Shown one piece after another: positions 10,811 to 47,600 of a stretch of DNA of 64,000 nucleotides. The stretch is from Macrostomum lignano. Lineage: Eukaryota. The position numbers and the translations under genes were made by a program. Location: NCBI GenBank assembly GCA_002269645.1, contig NIVC01003877.1:1-64000 (forward strand). Direction: 5' to 3'. Below the pieces are notes generated by a model that was not told where the DNA came from, searched no databases, and worked only from the letters and a program-made list of their open reading frames with translations. Positions within the stretch are counted from its first letter, which is position 1, and every line of letters starts with the position of its first letter.

Positions 10811-11394
10811 CAATCTCGTGTCGCCCATTCCGCCACATGTAGGTCGCCATAGGTGATGTTAAACATTTAATGTCAATACATGTACTTACATGTACATATA
10901 CATGTACAGTATATGTAATGCATGTAAATAATAACTTATTAAATTCCGCTGTGTGTTAATAAAAATTGAGAGACTTTTATCCTTGATTGCGACCCGCGCG
11001 CATCACCCATTAGCAAGTACCATGTTTGCTTTCAAACTTGCATGTGCATGTACACGTAGTAAAACCACGGAATTAATTGCTATAATTTCTTGTCATTGAC
11101 AGTTAGCAATAAGTATGCTCGGCCTGGACTCTGGAGACAGCTAGGGTTTAACATAATTACTACGTCAAAGGGCATCCAACTAGCTAATGAAGCTCAAAGA
11201 CAGCCGCCGATCCTGGTTTCTCCTTTGGACAAAGAGAAACGGCGATATCCGATATATATCCGATATTATGATATCCGTTAGCACATTGTTTAGCAATTTG
11301 ACGATCATTATTCACATTTTTAATGCAGAACAATCCATTACTACAAACAATGCAAATTGTCTGTAGGATCGTCAAACAGAAAAACAATGCAAAG

Positions 11395-11489
11395 AATCAG
11401 CGGTCGCAGCACGTGACAACGATTTGTCTATGGCTCGCGCCTACCGGCGCTCGCCAGACAATCGTTGTCACGCACTGGGACCGCTGATT
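11395..11489. mobile_element. Short palindromic MITE-like hairpin
   Basis: AATCAGCGGTC..GTGACAACGATT(T)GTCT / AGACAATCGTTGTCACG..GACCGCTGATT arms surround a GC-rich loop. Confidence 0.65.
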
Positions 11490-12012
11490 ATTTATCCATT
11501 GAAGACAATTGCAGTATCCAATGGAGTCTTTAGTATAGCTGTTCAGAGCACGAAACTAGAAAACTTAGCATTTTTTGTACATTAGCAAGCAGTAGTGGCT
11601 TTAATTTTACTCAGAAAGATTGTTGATACTTGTTTAAAATTAAATTGTTTCTTCGTGTTTTTAAAATATTTTTTCCTCGAAACGTATTGAAAACAAAATT
11701 TTAAAAACACAATTTTTTAATTATAATAAATGTCACCATCGTTGATTGTCATGATAGCGAAGTAGCGGACCTTATGGTGTCATTTCTAGTTAATGGCGTC
11801 GTGTTTTTTATTTGGTTTTATCCTAATAGTCATGATAATATATGATAAATTAGTCAAGCTTTTTGTTTTTAATGCAAATTAACTCACTACTACTACTAGA
11901 AAGAAAGCTAGTTAGGCAAGTTAGCTAGGTACACTAGGTTTAATGTTTTATTTAGCACTAATACTGATCTTATCTTATGACTAGTCTAAATCTTTTGGTC
12001 TGTGGCTTTTAT

Positions 12013-12168
12013 CAGGGGCGGACCCAGGATTTTATCGAGGGGAGGCAAGCCTCATGTCTGGTCAGCCAGAGCTGCAACTAGGGTATCATGATATTAATAT
12101 AGCATGATACCAATACATCTGAGGATTTTTTAGCAGAGCTAATGGCCCCCCCCCTTAGTCCACCCCTG
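12013..12168. mobile_element. hAT-type MITE (156 bp)
   Basis: TIRs CAGGGGCGGAC / GTCCACCCCTG, with a perfect 8-bp TSD GCTTTTAT at 12005-12012 and 12169-12176. Confidence 0.9.
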
Positions 12169-15100
12169 GCTTTTATATAAAATCATTATTATGATAAAAG
12201 TGAAACACTAGCTGTATATATTTATACTAACTAAAGTAGGCCTTCTTAGCTTAGAAGCTTTGTCCTAAGATTTAAAAAATAACCAAAATATTCCCATATC
12301 TATAGGCGTATTATGCCACCTATCCTCCATAGTTCAGATTGTGGGCTTCTTCAAATTTATGTTGATAAAATACTTCTCATTTTCCAATTTTTCTGAAATT
12401 TTCACCAGACACTTGGTGGATGCCCAAAATGATAAAAAAGCAAAATATCACCAAAAAACCACATTCTGTGGTGATGCGACCTCAGTTTATTAATTGACTA
12501 TGGTGTCAATGAGAATTCGACAAAAATTGTTTCAATGAAATTTGTATTCAAAAATGAACATTTTTCAAAAAAAGTTAACTTGTTTTGTGAATATAAAATA
12601 AAAAAAATTACAAGTAATATTCATAATTTTTGGATTATAATGTATAGTGAATATAAATGAATACAAAATTTGATATTGAGTTTTGTTATCATGTCAAATA
12701 ATTGCCTCGTCACGGTTTCCTCTTTTTAAATTTGCCACATCTACCATGCACAATATTGTCTCCCGCATTCTAAATTGTTGCTACCTTTGCCACTGTAGTT
12801 GACATTAATACCTCTTGCCAAATGATTTAGTAATATAAGTAATTAATCATATTATAAATGTCTGTAATAATATTCAAGTTTGTATTGATAAAATCAACCT
12901 CCATGAAGAATCCCCTACCCAAAAATCCCTTATCCCATTTTATGCCTTAATAGTTGGTCATTGACCTTTTTTGTAAGGATTGATCCCTTTTTCCCTGAGT
13001 CTGGAATTTATCAACATCATCTTGAATAGGTCTCCATGCCTCTATTCAAGTTTATGTTGATAAAATCAATCCCCATGAAGAATCTCCCCACCCTAAAACC
13101 CCCCATTCCCCATGTCCCGGTGGTTGGTTTTAAGCGCCTACATATAGTTGGGTTGGAGCTACCAAAAAATAAAGCTCAAATTTGAAATCAGCACTATCAA
13201 AAACTCATATAGAGACAAAATTATGCTCCTATTAAAATTGCAACTAATTTACAACACAAACTTGAAGAAGTCCCAGATTGTATATTAATGTAGGCCTATG
13301 CCAGGTCCATGGGGAAAAAGTATGGTGAGTACATTTGTATGCTAGGAGTAAAAAATGTTTTAAACTTTGTATGCAAAAGTTGTATGCTTTTTTATTCTTG
13401 AATTTATTATTCATACCATAGTCCCAAAGATGTTCCATGCATACCACAAAACTTTTTGATTCTGTATGCTGCATGCCAAGATTATTTGGAAATCTCATAC
13501 ACATTGCATGCTATATACTAAGAGCCTTATCTGCATTGCGTGTCACATGCAAGGCATTGACAGGGGGGGGGTTGAAAGTAAAAATGCACTTGGCTTACAT
13601 AAATGCAGCAAAGCCTGTTTAAACAAATTAAATTCTTTCTTTTCCACAAATTGGATTACTTTTTCTGTCTTCTTTTTGCTGCAAAGTTACAAAAAATATA
13701 CAATATATTACAATTATTAAAAAATGTAAAATTAAAATATCAAAAAATTAAATTAAGACATTACAAATTACAAGTCTAGCCAAATCCAAACCTCTATTTT
13801 ATTTCCAAATCCATTTTGCTTGTGGCTGCATGCCAATTTTTTGCAGTTATTATTGTTACAGTGACCATATAAATAGTGAAATGATTATTTTTATGGTTAA
13901 CACAAAAAATCATCTAAATTTAGTAACAAACATGGAGTGCAAATTACAATTGGTTTTTTAATTTTAAAAGAATTATATGCTTTTAATACTATATAAGAGT
14001 GCGTGATAGGTCTCTTTCTCCTGTCCTTATAAATATCCTACCACTGGTAGCTATCTGTTACAGGCCTTATAGCTCTGTCTTTTTAAATCCTAACTGTTTC
14101 TTAGAATCTCATACATTTCTGGGTAGTATTCTTGGTAATGTTCTTGATAGCATTCTTAGTATATGTTCTGGTAGCATTCTTAGTATATGGCTCTGGTATA
14201 TACTATGGCCTGAGCAGGATAGTACTAGTAAATGAGTTAGTCCAATCAGGCATTACTGGGACTAGAAGGTCATAGCACTTTTCTTAGTATGTTTCTACAA
14301 ATTGTTTCCTAATTCCCTCTCTTTGCAAATTTCTTAGCACTGTTCTTAGCCTTTTTAAATGAATAAGTTGCTTAACTTGAAAGACTTTGAAAATTTATAG
14401 ATTGAACTGCTTTTATTGCTTGGAATAGTTGCTCACAGATATCAAGATAGTTAAGTTTACCTAGCTACAAAATTGCTCCTATTTATACCTCAAATTTCCC
14501 AATATGATTACAACAAAAAATATTTCCCCAATTTATTTTGTGCAGTAAAACAATATTTATATTTATAAATATTTATTTTGCATGAATTTAGTTTTGTAAG
14601 AAATCATACATTATTACTCGTATAGTATTTGAGCACTATTACAAGTGGTATTCATGCAAAGTAACAAACTTAAAAATTATACAATTACAATGTGCACTGA
14701 AAAATGATAATTATAAAAGAAGTATTTAAAATACTTCTTGCTAAAATATTTTTTGCCAAAAATTAAGAAAAATAAGTTTTTTATTTTTAGGGAAAAAGTA
14801 AAAAAATTATTATTATTCCTTTTTCCATGCATGTATTGATGGTATTGTATATAGCTTTGCATATACATTGCATTGTCTAATTGTACTACAAGTGTTATGG
14901 TAAAGTTTTACACTTTTGGGAAATATTTAGTGCTAAATTGGCTGTTTGGCACCTAGATTTCATTTTCAAGTACCAAAAGACTGGACTCATCAAAAAGTAA
15001 CTTCCATTACCCAAGTCTGGCATTTAAAAAAAAAAGAACCAGAAAAAGTGCCATTTTAGAAAAAAGTAACTTCTGGCATTAAAAGTGCCAGAACTTTGCC

Positions 15101-15416
15101 AAACACTGGATATATACTAGAAAATTCCAGTGAACACAGATCTAGCATACACAATTGGTGTACAAATTTGCATATAAAGAAGCCTTTCATTACCCCTTAG
15201 TATATAGCTTGGTATACAGAAATCATTGAGACAGTTGATCTTTAGTATAGTTTTTTACTACTAAGAGATTTCCTACACTAAGTTTCCCATATAGAATCTT
15301 GTGGGATGTCAAGAAAAGCCAAGCAAAAATGACTTAACAATAAAATTACAAAATAATGCATTGCATGTGGCCAAAGCAACAGCGACAGTTTCCAATCATC
15401 TGAGACACAGAGAGAA

Positions 15417-38787
<23,371 letters not shown>

Positions 38788-39274
38788 AATGTCCTTAAAA
38801 TATAGTTTAGCAGACAATGCTGCATGGAAAATGCTGTGTTCTTTCTTTTCGATAATTTCTTTGAGTTTTTTTCTGCTTTGTTTGCTTTTTCTAAACTGTT
38901 AATATAACTCAAGATTTTGCTTGCCATTCAACTGTAGCTTGTTATTAAGAGTTGATAAATTGGTTGTGTTGTTTATTCAGTATTGTTTCGGTGCAAGTTA
39001 GTCTTGGCCGTAATTTTTTTCAGCGAGTTGCGATAAATTTTCTTCCCGAACCTGACTCCATTTGCTTCATTAACGTTAATGTAAAGCTGTCTGTTTTATG
39101 AATACTAACTCTCGGGTTGAGTTGCACAAGATTTTATTCAATAAATCATATTGACGCGCTATGGCTATTTGTTAGCCTATAGCCCATTGATATAATTATT
39201 AATTATTTATTATCAATAAACACTAACTGACCATGTTTTGTATTCTTTATTTGTAATAACTGTCATCATACTCC

Positions 39275-40290
39275 ACTCACCCACCCACTCCCTGCCTTCC
39301 CTCACCCACCCCACTCCCTGCCTTCTCTCTCCCACCCCACTCCCTGCCCCTCCTCACCCACCCACTCCCTGCCTTCTCTCACCCACCCACTCCCTGCCTT
39401 CTCTCACCCACCCCACTCCCTGCTCTTCCTCACCTACCCACTCCTTGCCCCTCCTCACCCACCCACTCCCTGCCTTCTCTCACCCACCCACTCCCTGCCC
39501 CTCCTCACCCACCCACTCCCTGCCTTCCCTCACCCACCAACTCCCTGCCTTCTCTCACCCATCCCACTCCCTGCTCTTCCTCACCTACCCACTCCCTGCC
39601 TTCCCTCAGCCACCCCACTCCCTGCCTTCCCTCACCCACCCCACTCCCTGCCCCTCCTCACCCACCCACTCCCTGCCTTCCCTCACCCACCCCACTCCCT
39701 GCCCTTCCTCACCTACCCACTCCCTGCCTTCCCTCACCCACCCACTCCCTGCCTTCCCTCACCCACCAACTCCCTGCCTTCTCTCACCCATCCACTCCCT
39801 GCTCTTCCTCACCTACCACTCCCTGCCTTCCCTCAGCCACCCCACTCCCTGCCTTCCTCACCCACCCACTCCCTGCCCCTCCTCCCTGCCTTCCCTCCCT
39901 GCCTTCCTCACCTACCCACTCCCTGCCTTCCCTCACCACCCAACTCCCTGCCTTCCCTCACCCACCCACTCCTGCTTCCCTCACACCCACTCCCTGCCTT
40001 CCCTCACCCCCACTCCCTGCCTTCCTCACCTACCCACTCCCTGCCTTCCTCACCACCCACTCCCTGCCTTCCTCACCTACCCACTCCCTGCCTTCCCTCA
40101 CCCACCCACTCCCTGCCTTCCCTCACCCACCACTCCCTGCCTTCCCTCACCACCCACTCCCTGCCCTTCCTCACCCACCCACTCCCTGCCTTCCCTCACC
40201 CACCCACTCCCTGCCTTCCCTCACCCACCCCACTCCCTGCCCTTCCTCACCTACCCACTCCCTGCCTTCCCTCACCCACCCACTCCTGCC
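39275..40290. repeat. C-rich degenerate minisatellite (CACTCCCTGCCTTCCCTCACCCACC)n
   Basis: Tandem units are visible. Confidence 0.92.
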
Positions 40291-41227
40291 CTTCATTTGG
40301 TAAGCCTTTTTTTCACACTCATTCAACCCTCTGTAAAAAGAGCAGAAGCAAGTTCCAGCCCTACACAGTCTTCCAATGCAGCATTGTACTTTTCTGCGCG
40401 TGACTAAAGCAGTCCATCTATACAGTGCAGCCAGTACCTCCGGCTTGTAGTTTAGCCCAGAGGCTGAATATGGCAGGCCACCGGCACTGCCGGAAATGAA
40501 ACAGACCGAACTCGTGCTCAAGCATGCAAATTCTATTTCCCATCGCATGATTTTATTCATTGAATCCAAACAGAACTTATCAATTTTCTTGCAGTCAGTA
40601 GGTTACCTTGCGAAGCCATTAGCATCACAGAAGTTATGTACAGATGAATCAACTGAGAAATTATAGAAGCTATTTCATTTTTATCTTTTAAACACTTCTT
40701 TATAGTAATGTATAGATTGTCTTTATTTATTAAAAATGGCAAGACAAACACGGCACGACAAAAGGTATTTTAAATTGTTTTGCGGGGGTATGTGTTGCGT
40801 TTAGTAACCGTGAATAAATAGCGATTAGGGAGACCTGCTATGCAGTTGTGTAGGCGGGCGGGGCGAACCTGCCTAGCTTGGATGTCTAAATTAGTCGTCA
40901 GCACGGGATAATTACGAGCTAAATTGATGTTTTGTCAGTGAAAGAATTTTAAATTCCTTGCACGCAGAAGAACAGTCGAGGCTCAATGTATAGTTCAGGA
41001 TGTTTCTCGGCGACATGTCTGAAATAATTGAAATAGATGAAATGACAGAATATGATGTAGGGTAACAAGACAGGAATTAGATGCTTGTTTATATGAAATT
41101 TTCGAATTGCCTTTTTCTATTAGTAGTTTCTCTGAAAATGTTTTAAAAATCATTGACCCGAGTCCGCTAAGAACTTCATGGCAAGTACGCTCGTACATGC
41201 ATCTTCAAGGTATTAATAATTATCGAG

Positions 41228-41525
41228 TACACTCCCGGCTAAAACAGCCCCGCAGAACTCTATCCCACGTCAATGTACACTCTCCCGGCTAAACAGCCCC
41301 GCAGAACTCTATCCTCACCTCAATGTACACTCTCTCCGGCTAAAACAGCCCCGCAAACTCTATCCCCACCTCAATGTATACTCTCTCCCGGCTAAACAGC
41401 CCGCAGAACTCTATCCTCACCTCAATGTATACTCTCTCCGGCTAAACAGCCCGCAGAACTCTACCCCCACCTCAATGTACACTCTCTCCCGGCTAAACAG
41501 CCCCGCAGAACTCTAGCCCTCACCC
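41228..41525. repeat. ~55-bp tandem repeat, ~5 copies
   Basis: CCCGGCTAAACAGCCCCGCAGAACTCTATCCCCACCTCAATGTACACTCT units. Confidence 0.85.
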
Positions 41526-41656
41526 AAGTTCTCTACGCAACTTCCTACCGTATATGGCGGATACATTTTATCAAACGCATTCCGATCGAGTCTTCTAGAG
41601 AAGACGAAAGAGACAACTGCTGCTGCTGTTGTTTCTCATAAGTGCGAGCCGAGCCG

Positions 41657-44600
41657 CTAGAGAAAGTGGCTGCCCGAAGGGGCCAAGGCGGCTACAGCTG
41701 CACCTGGCTGTGGCTGCAGATTCAGCTCGCACAGTGATCTGCTCCGGAGTTGCTTTATTCTCAATTTCTGCTTCGAATTTTCGTTCTGATTTTGTAAATC
41801 CTGCATCGGAATCATTTCGTATTGGCAGCCAACATGTCTCTGTTGTTGCTGCTGCTGCAGCTGCATCTGACGCTGATGGTGGTGGAATGGACTGTGCTGT
41901 GGCAGCACCAGCTGCTGCTGTCGCCACTCCCTCCGCTGGCGCCTCCGTCGAAGCCATTTCGACAGGCAGTGGCAGCGCCTGTTCAGCAGTCTGCGACAGT
42001 GCTTGGTGAACATGCCTGCGGGTATGCGTTGCAAATGTTCTGCTGAGTGACTGTGTGATGAGTGACTGTTTGAGTGACTGTGTGCTGCTGAGTGACTGTG
42101 TGATGAGGAGTGGCTGTGTGTTGCTGGGTGACTGTGTGATGAGGAGTGGCTGTGTGTTGCTGGGTGACTGTGTGATGAGAGGTGGCTGTGTGTTGCTGAG
42201 TGACTGTGTGAAGGTACATTTCAAGGTACATTATGCCTGCACATACAGCTGCAGGATACACTGTACTCATGCAGGCACTCCTGTGCCTGTGCGCCAGCCG
42301 TCTCAAGCTCACCGTAAATAATGGGATTGGCGCAGGAATTGAAAAATGCGCAGGCCAGTCCCACATAGACCAGATCGGCGACTCCGTCCGTTCTGAAATT
42401 TGGTTAATTGATCTCTAATTAAATACCTTTAATTCAATCTCATCCCATCTCATCCCATCTCATCCCATCTCATCCCATCTCATCCCATCATTCAATCTCA
42501 GCCCATCTCATTCAATCTGATCCCATCTCATTCAATCTTATCCCATCTCATCCGATCTCAACCCATCTCATCCCATTTTATCATATCTCATCCCATCTCA
42601 TCCCATCTCATCCCATCTCATCCCATCTCATTCAATCTCATCCCATCTCATCCCATCTCATCCCATCTCATCCCATCTCAGCCCATCTCATCCCATCTTA
42701 TCATATCTCATCCCATCTCATCCCATCTCATCCCATCTCATTCAATCTCATCCTATCTCATCCGATCTTAGCCCATCTCATCCCATCTTATCATATCTCA
42801 TCCCATCTCAGCCCATCTCATCCCATCTTATCATATCTCATCCCATCTCATCCCATCTCATCCCATCTCATCCCATCTCATCCCATCTCATTCAATCTCA
42901 TCCCATCTCATCCCATCTCATTCAATCTTATCCCATCTCATCCGATCTCAGCCCATCTCATCCCATCTTATCATATCTCATCCCATCTCATCCCATCTCT
43001 TCCCATCTTATCATATCTCATCCCATCTCATCCCATCTCATCCCATCTCATTCAATCTCATCCCATCTCATCCCATCTCATCCCATCTCATTCAATCTTA
43101 TCCCATCTCATCCGATCTCAGCCCATCTCATCCCATCTTATCATATCTCATCCCATCTCATCCCATCTCATCCCATCTCATTCAATCTGATCCCATCTCA
43201 TTCAATCTGATCCCATCTCATTCAATCTCATCCCATCTCATCCCATCTCATCCCATCTCATTCCATCTCATCCCATCTCATTCAATCTGATCCCATCTCA
43301 TTCAATCTCATCCCATCTCATCCGATCTCAGCCCATCTCATCCCATCTCATTCAATCTCATCCCATCTCATTCAATCTGATCCCATCTCATTCAATCTCA
43401 TCCCATCTCATCCGATCTCAGCCCATCTCATCCCATCTTATCATATCTCATCCCATCTCATCCCATCTCATCCCATCTCATCCGATCTTAGCCCATCTCA
43501 TCCCATCTTATCATATCTCATCCCATCTCATCCCATCTCATCCCATCTCATTCAATCTGATCCCATCTCATTCAATCTCATCCCATCTCATCCCATCTCA
43601 TCCCATCTCATCCCATCTCATTCAATCTGATCCCATCTCATTCAATCTCATCCCATCTCATCCGATCTCAGCTCATCTCATCCCATCTCATTCAATCTCA
43701 TCCCATCTCATCCCATCTCATCCCATCTCATTAAATCTCAGCCCATCTCATTCAATCTGATCCCATCTCATTCAATCTTATCCCATCTCATCCGATCTCA
43801 GCCCATCTCATCCCATCTTATCATATCTCATCCCATCTCATCCCATCTCATTCAATCTCATCCCATCTCATCCGATCTTAGCCCATCTCATCCCATCTTA
43901 TCATATCTCATCCCATCTCATTCAATCTCATCCCATCTCATTCAATCTCATCCCATCTCATTCAATCTCAGCCCATCTCATTCAATCTCATCCCATCTCA
44001 TTCAATCTTATCCCATCTCATCCGAACTCATCCCATCTCATCATATCTCATGCCATCTCATTCAATCTCATCCCATCTCATCATATCTCATCCCATCTCA
44101 TTCAATCTCATCCCATCTCATCATATCTCATCCCATCTCAGCCCATCTCATCCCACCTCATCACACCTCATCTCAGCCCATCGCATTCAATCTTATGACA
44201 GCTCAGACTGCAGTCCCCGGTCTATCCCCAGCTCAGGCAGTCCCTCAGCCACCCAAGCCACGGCAGCTCACAGCAGCTCCTCATTCGAGGCGAACGAGTC
44301 CCACAGAGTGAGAGCCCAGTGCGGCGCCCAGCAGAGCAGAAAGCAGAGCACTGAAACGAATAGAGAAATTTTATTTGGATTGAGTCGGCTCTGACTCACT
44401 CCTGTTATTCAATAGTTACTGGATAAGTCTCACGGGCAACTGATGAAATACAATTAGGGGAACAATTGCTGATTGCAGTGACTATTTTTTACAGTGACTA
44501 TTGGGCACAATGGGTGCAGTTTTTGCCAGGGTTTTCTAAGCTTGCTGCAGAATGGCACGTTGGGATTAAACTGCTGGATTTGTTTCGCATTGAGGGCAGA

Positions 44601-47600
44601 TCGAGAGGAGAGGACAGGACAGAGAGGACAGGACAGAGAGGACAGGACAGAGAGGACAGGACAGAGAGGACAGGACAGAGAGGACAGGACAGAGAGGACA
44701 GGACAGAGAGGACAGGACAGAGAGGACAGGACAGAGAGGACAGGACAGAGAGGACAGGACAGAGAGGACAGGACAGAGAGGACAGGACAGAGAGGACAGG
44801 ACAGAGAGGACAGGACAGAGAGGACAGGACAGAGAGGACAGGACAGAGAGGACAGGACAGAGAGGACAGGACAGAGAGGACAGTAAAACAGCTCTTTAGT
44901 TTGCTTAGCGCGAGAGATCCAAAACTTGAGCTGTATAGCTCACGAGCCGATATTATATATTTGGTATAGTAAAACCGAACCTATGAAAAATTCATAGACT
45001 ATTAGACTCAACTACGTGAGTACATTGCACGACACGATTAAAAGCAAATGGGGGTTTAAGGAATGCAGCGAGTGTACTCAATGTAGACAGACAGGACAGA
45101 GAGGAGAGGACAGGACAGAGAGGACAGGCAGACTGGAGCAGACAGGAGCAGACAGGAGCAGACAGGAGCAGACAGGAGCAGACAGGAGCAGACAAGAGCA
45201 GACAGGAGCAGACAGGAGCAGACAGGAGCAGACAGGAGCAGACAAGAGCAGACAGGAGCAGACAGGAGCAGACAGGAGCAGACAGGAGCAGACAGGCGCA
45301 GACAGGAGCAGACAGGAGCAGACAGGAGCAGGCAGGAGCAGCTCACCAATTGCGGCCGTCAAGCGCAGGGCCAGCAGCCGAGCCCTTTCAATATTTCTGG
45401 TGTCGCTGCGCCTCAGCATGGGCAGCTTGGAGGAAGCGCACAAGCTGGCAGCCGCGGATTGCTGGTGTCTGCTGTAGTCTGCGGAGTCTGTCAGCGATGC
45501 TGAGTGCTGAGGGCAGATGCAGTTCTCTGTTGGGTTGAATGAGAGTGGAAGAAGTGGTTGCAGATTATTTAGGAGGCTAAGACTAAGTCCCATTATCACA
45601 CAGGTAATAAACTTCAATCCCCACCTTCAGACAGGTAATAAAACTTCAATCCCCACCTTCAGACAGGTAATAAAACTTCAATCCCCACCTTCAGACAGGT
45701 AATAAAACTTTAATCCCCACCTTCAGACAGGTAATAAAACTTCAATCCCCACCTTCAGACAGGTAATAAAACTTTAATCCCCACCTTCAGACAGGTGATA
45801 AAACTTCAATCCCCACCTTCAGACAGGTAATAAAACTTCAATCCCCACCTTCAGACAGGTAATAAAACTTTAACCCCCACCTTCAGACAGGTAATAAAAC
45901 TTTAATCCCCACCTTCAGACAGGTAATAAAACTTCAATCCCCACCTTCAGACAGGTAATAAACTTCAATCCCCACCTTCAGACAGGTAATAAAACTTCAA
46001 TCCCCACCTTCAGACAGGTAATAAAACTTCAATCCCCACCTTCAGACAGGTAATAAAACTTCAATCCCCACCTTCAGACAGGTAATAAAACTTCAATCCC
46101 CACCTTCAGACAGGTAATAAACTTCAATCCCCACCTTCAGACAGGTAATAAACCTTCAATCCCCACCTTCAGACGGGTAATAAAACTTCAATCCCTCACC
46201 ATCACACAGGTGATAAAAATCAGTATCAAAAGACAGCTTATCAAAAATGCCTCACCTCGATGCTCCCTTGTCCTGGAGGTGAGCACGCACACGATCCTAC
46301 CGTAGCAATAAGCGATGCACACCAGTGGGAAGGCGTACATCATGCCAAAGGCGAACAGGGCATAGCTGGCACGTTTAACCCGACCAGTAGAATCGGCACC
46401 GTGAGCAAACACCTGTACGCAGACTGCATTGTATTCCTTGAAGAAGTTGCTCTCCAACAGGTCAAAAACCACAGCCTGTGATAAGCAGAGACATTTAAAT
46501 GCGCTGTTTACTTCCCAATGACAGGATATAGGACAGGGGCAGAGAAAAGAAGACATGGGCAGAGAGGAGAGGACAGGGGCAGAGAGAAGAAGACAGGGGC
46601 AGAGAGGAGAGGACAGGGGCAGAGAGAAGAAGACAGGGGCAGATAGGAGAGGACAGGGGCAGAGAGAAGAGGACAGGGGCAGAGAGGAGAGGACAGGGTC
46701 AGAGAGGAGATGACAGGGGCAGAGAGGAGAGGACAGGGGCAGAGAGAAGAAGACAGGGGCAGAGAGGAGAGGACAGGGGCAGAGAGAAGAGGACAGGGGC
46801 AGAGAGGAGAGGACAGGGTCAGAGAGGAGATGACAGGGGCAGAGAGGAGAGGACAGGGGCAGAGAGGAGAGGACAGGGGCAGAGAGGAGAGGACAGGGGC
46901 AGAGAGGGGAGGACAGCGGCAGAGAGGAGAGGACAGGGGCAGAGAGGAGAGGACAGGGGCAGAGAGGAGAGGACAGGGGCAGAGAGGAGAGGACAGGGGC
47001 AGAGAGGAGAGGACAGGGGCAGAGAGGGGAGGACAGCGGCAGAGAGGAGAGGACAGGGGCAGAGAGGAGAGGACAGGGGCAGAGAGGAGAGGACAGGGGC
47101 AGAGAGGAGAGGACAGGGGCAGAGAGGGGAGGACAGCGGCAGAGAGGAGAGGACAGGGACTGGGTGGACTTGGCAGAATGGGCAGAATTGCGTCAGTGCT
47201 GGTGTGGGACGGTGCCCCACAGCCCTCCAAGGTGCCCCACAGCCCTCCAAGGTGCCCCACAGCCCTCCAAGGTGCCCCACAGCCCTCCAAGGTGCCCCAC
47301 AGCCCTCCAAGGTGCCCCACAGCCCTCCAAGGTGCCCCACAGCCCTCCAAGGTGCCCCACAGCCCTCCAAGGTGCCCCACAGCCCTCCTAAGAATATTTT
47401 TAATAAAATAACTGTCGCCTTGAATTCAATAAGGCTGAAGAATGCTTAAAGAAATTTTTAAGCTTCTGAAAAGGACAGGCAGCAAACTGGTCCTGTCTGC
47501 TGTTTGAATTGTATATGAGAAGAAACGATTGAGACGGAACTTGCCGAATAGCCAATGGAAAAGTACAACCCGACATTCGACAGCGAGAACGAGAAAAACA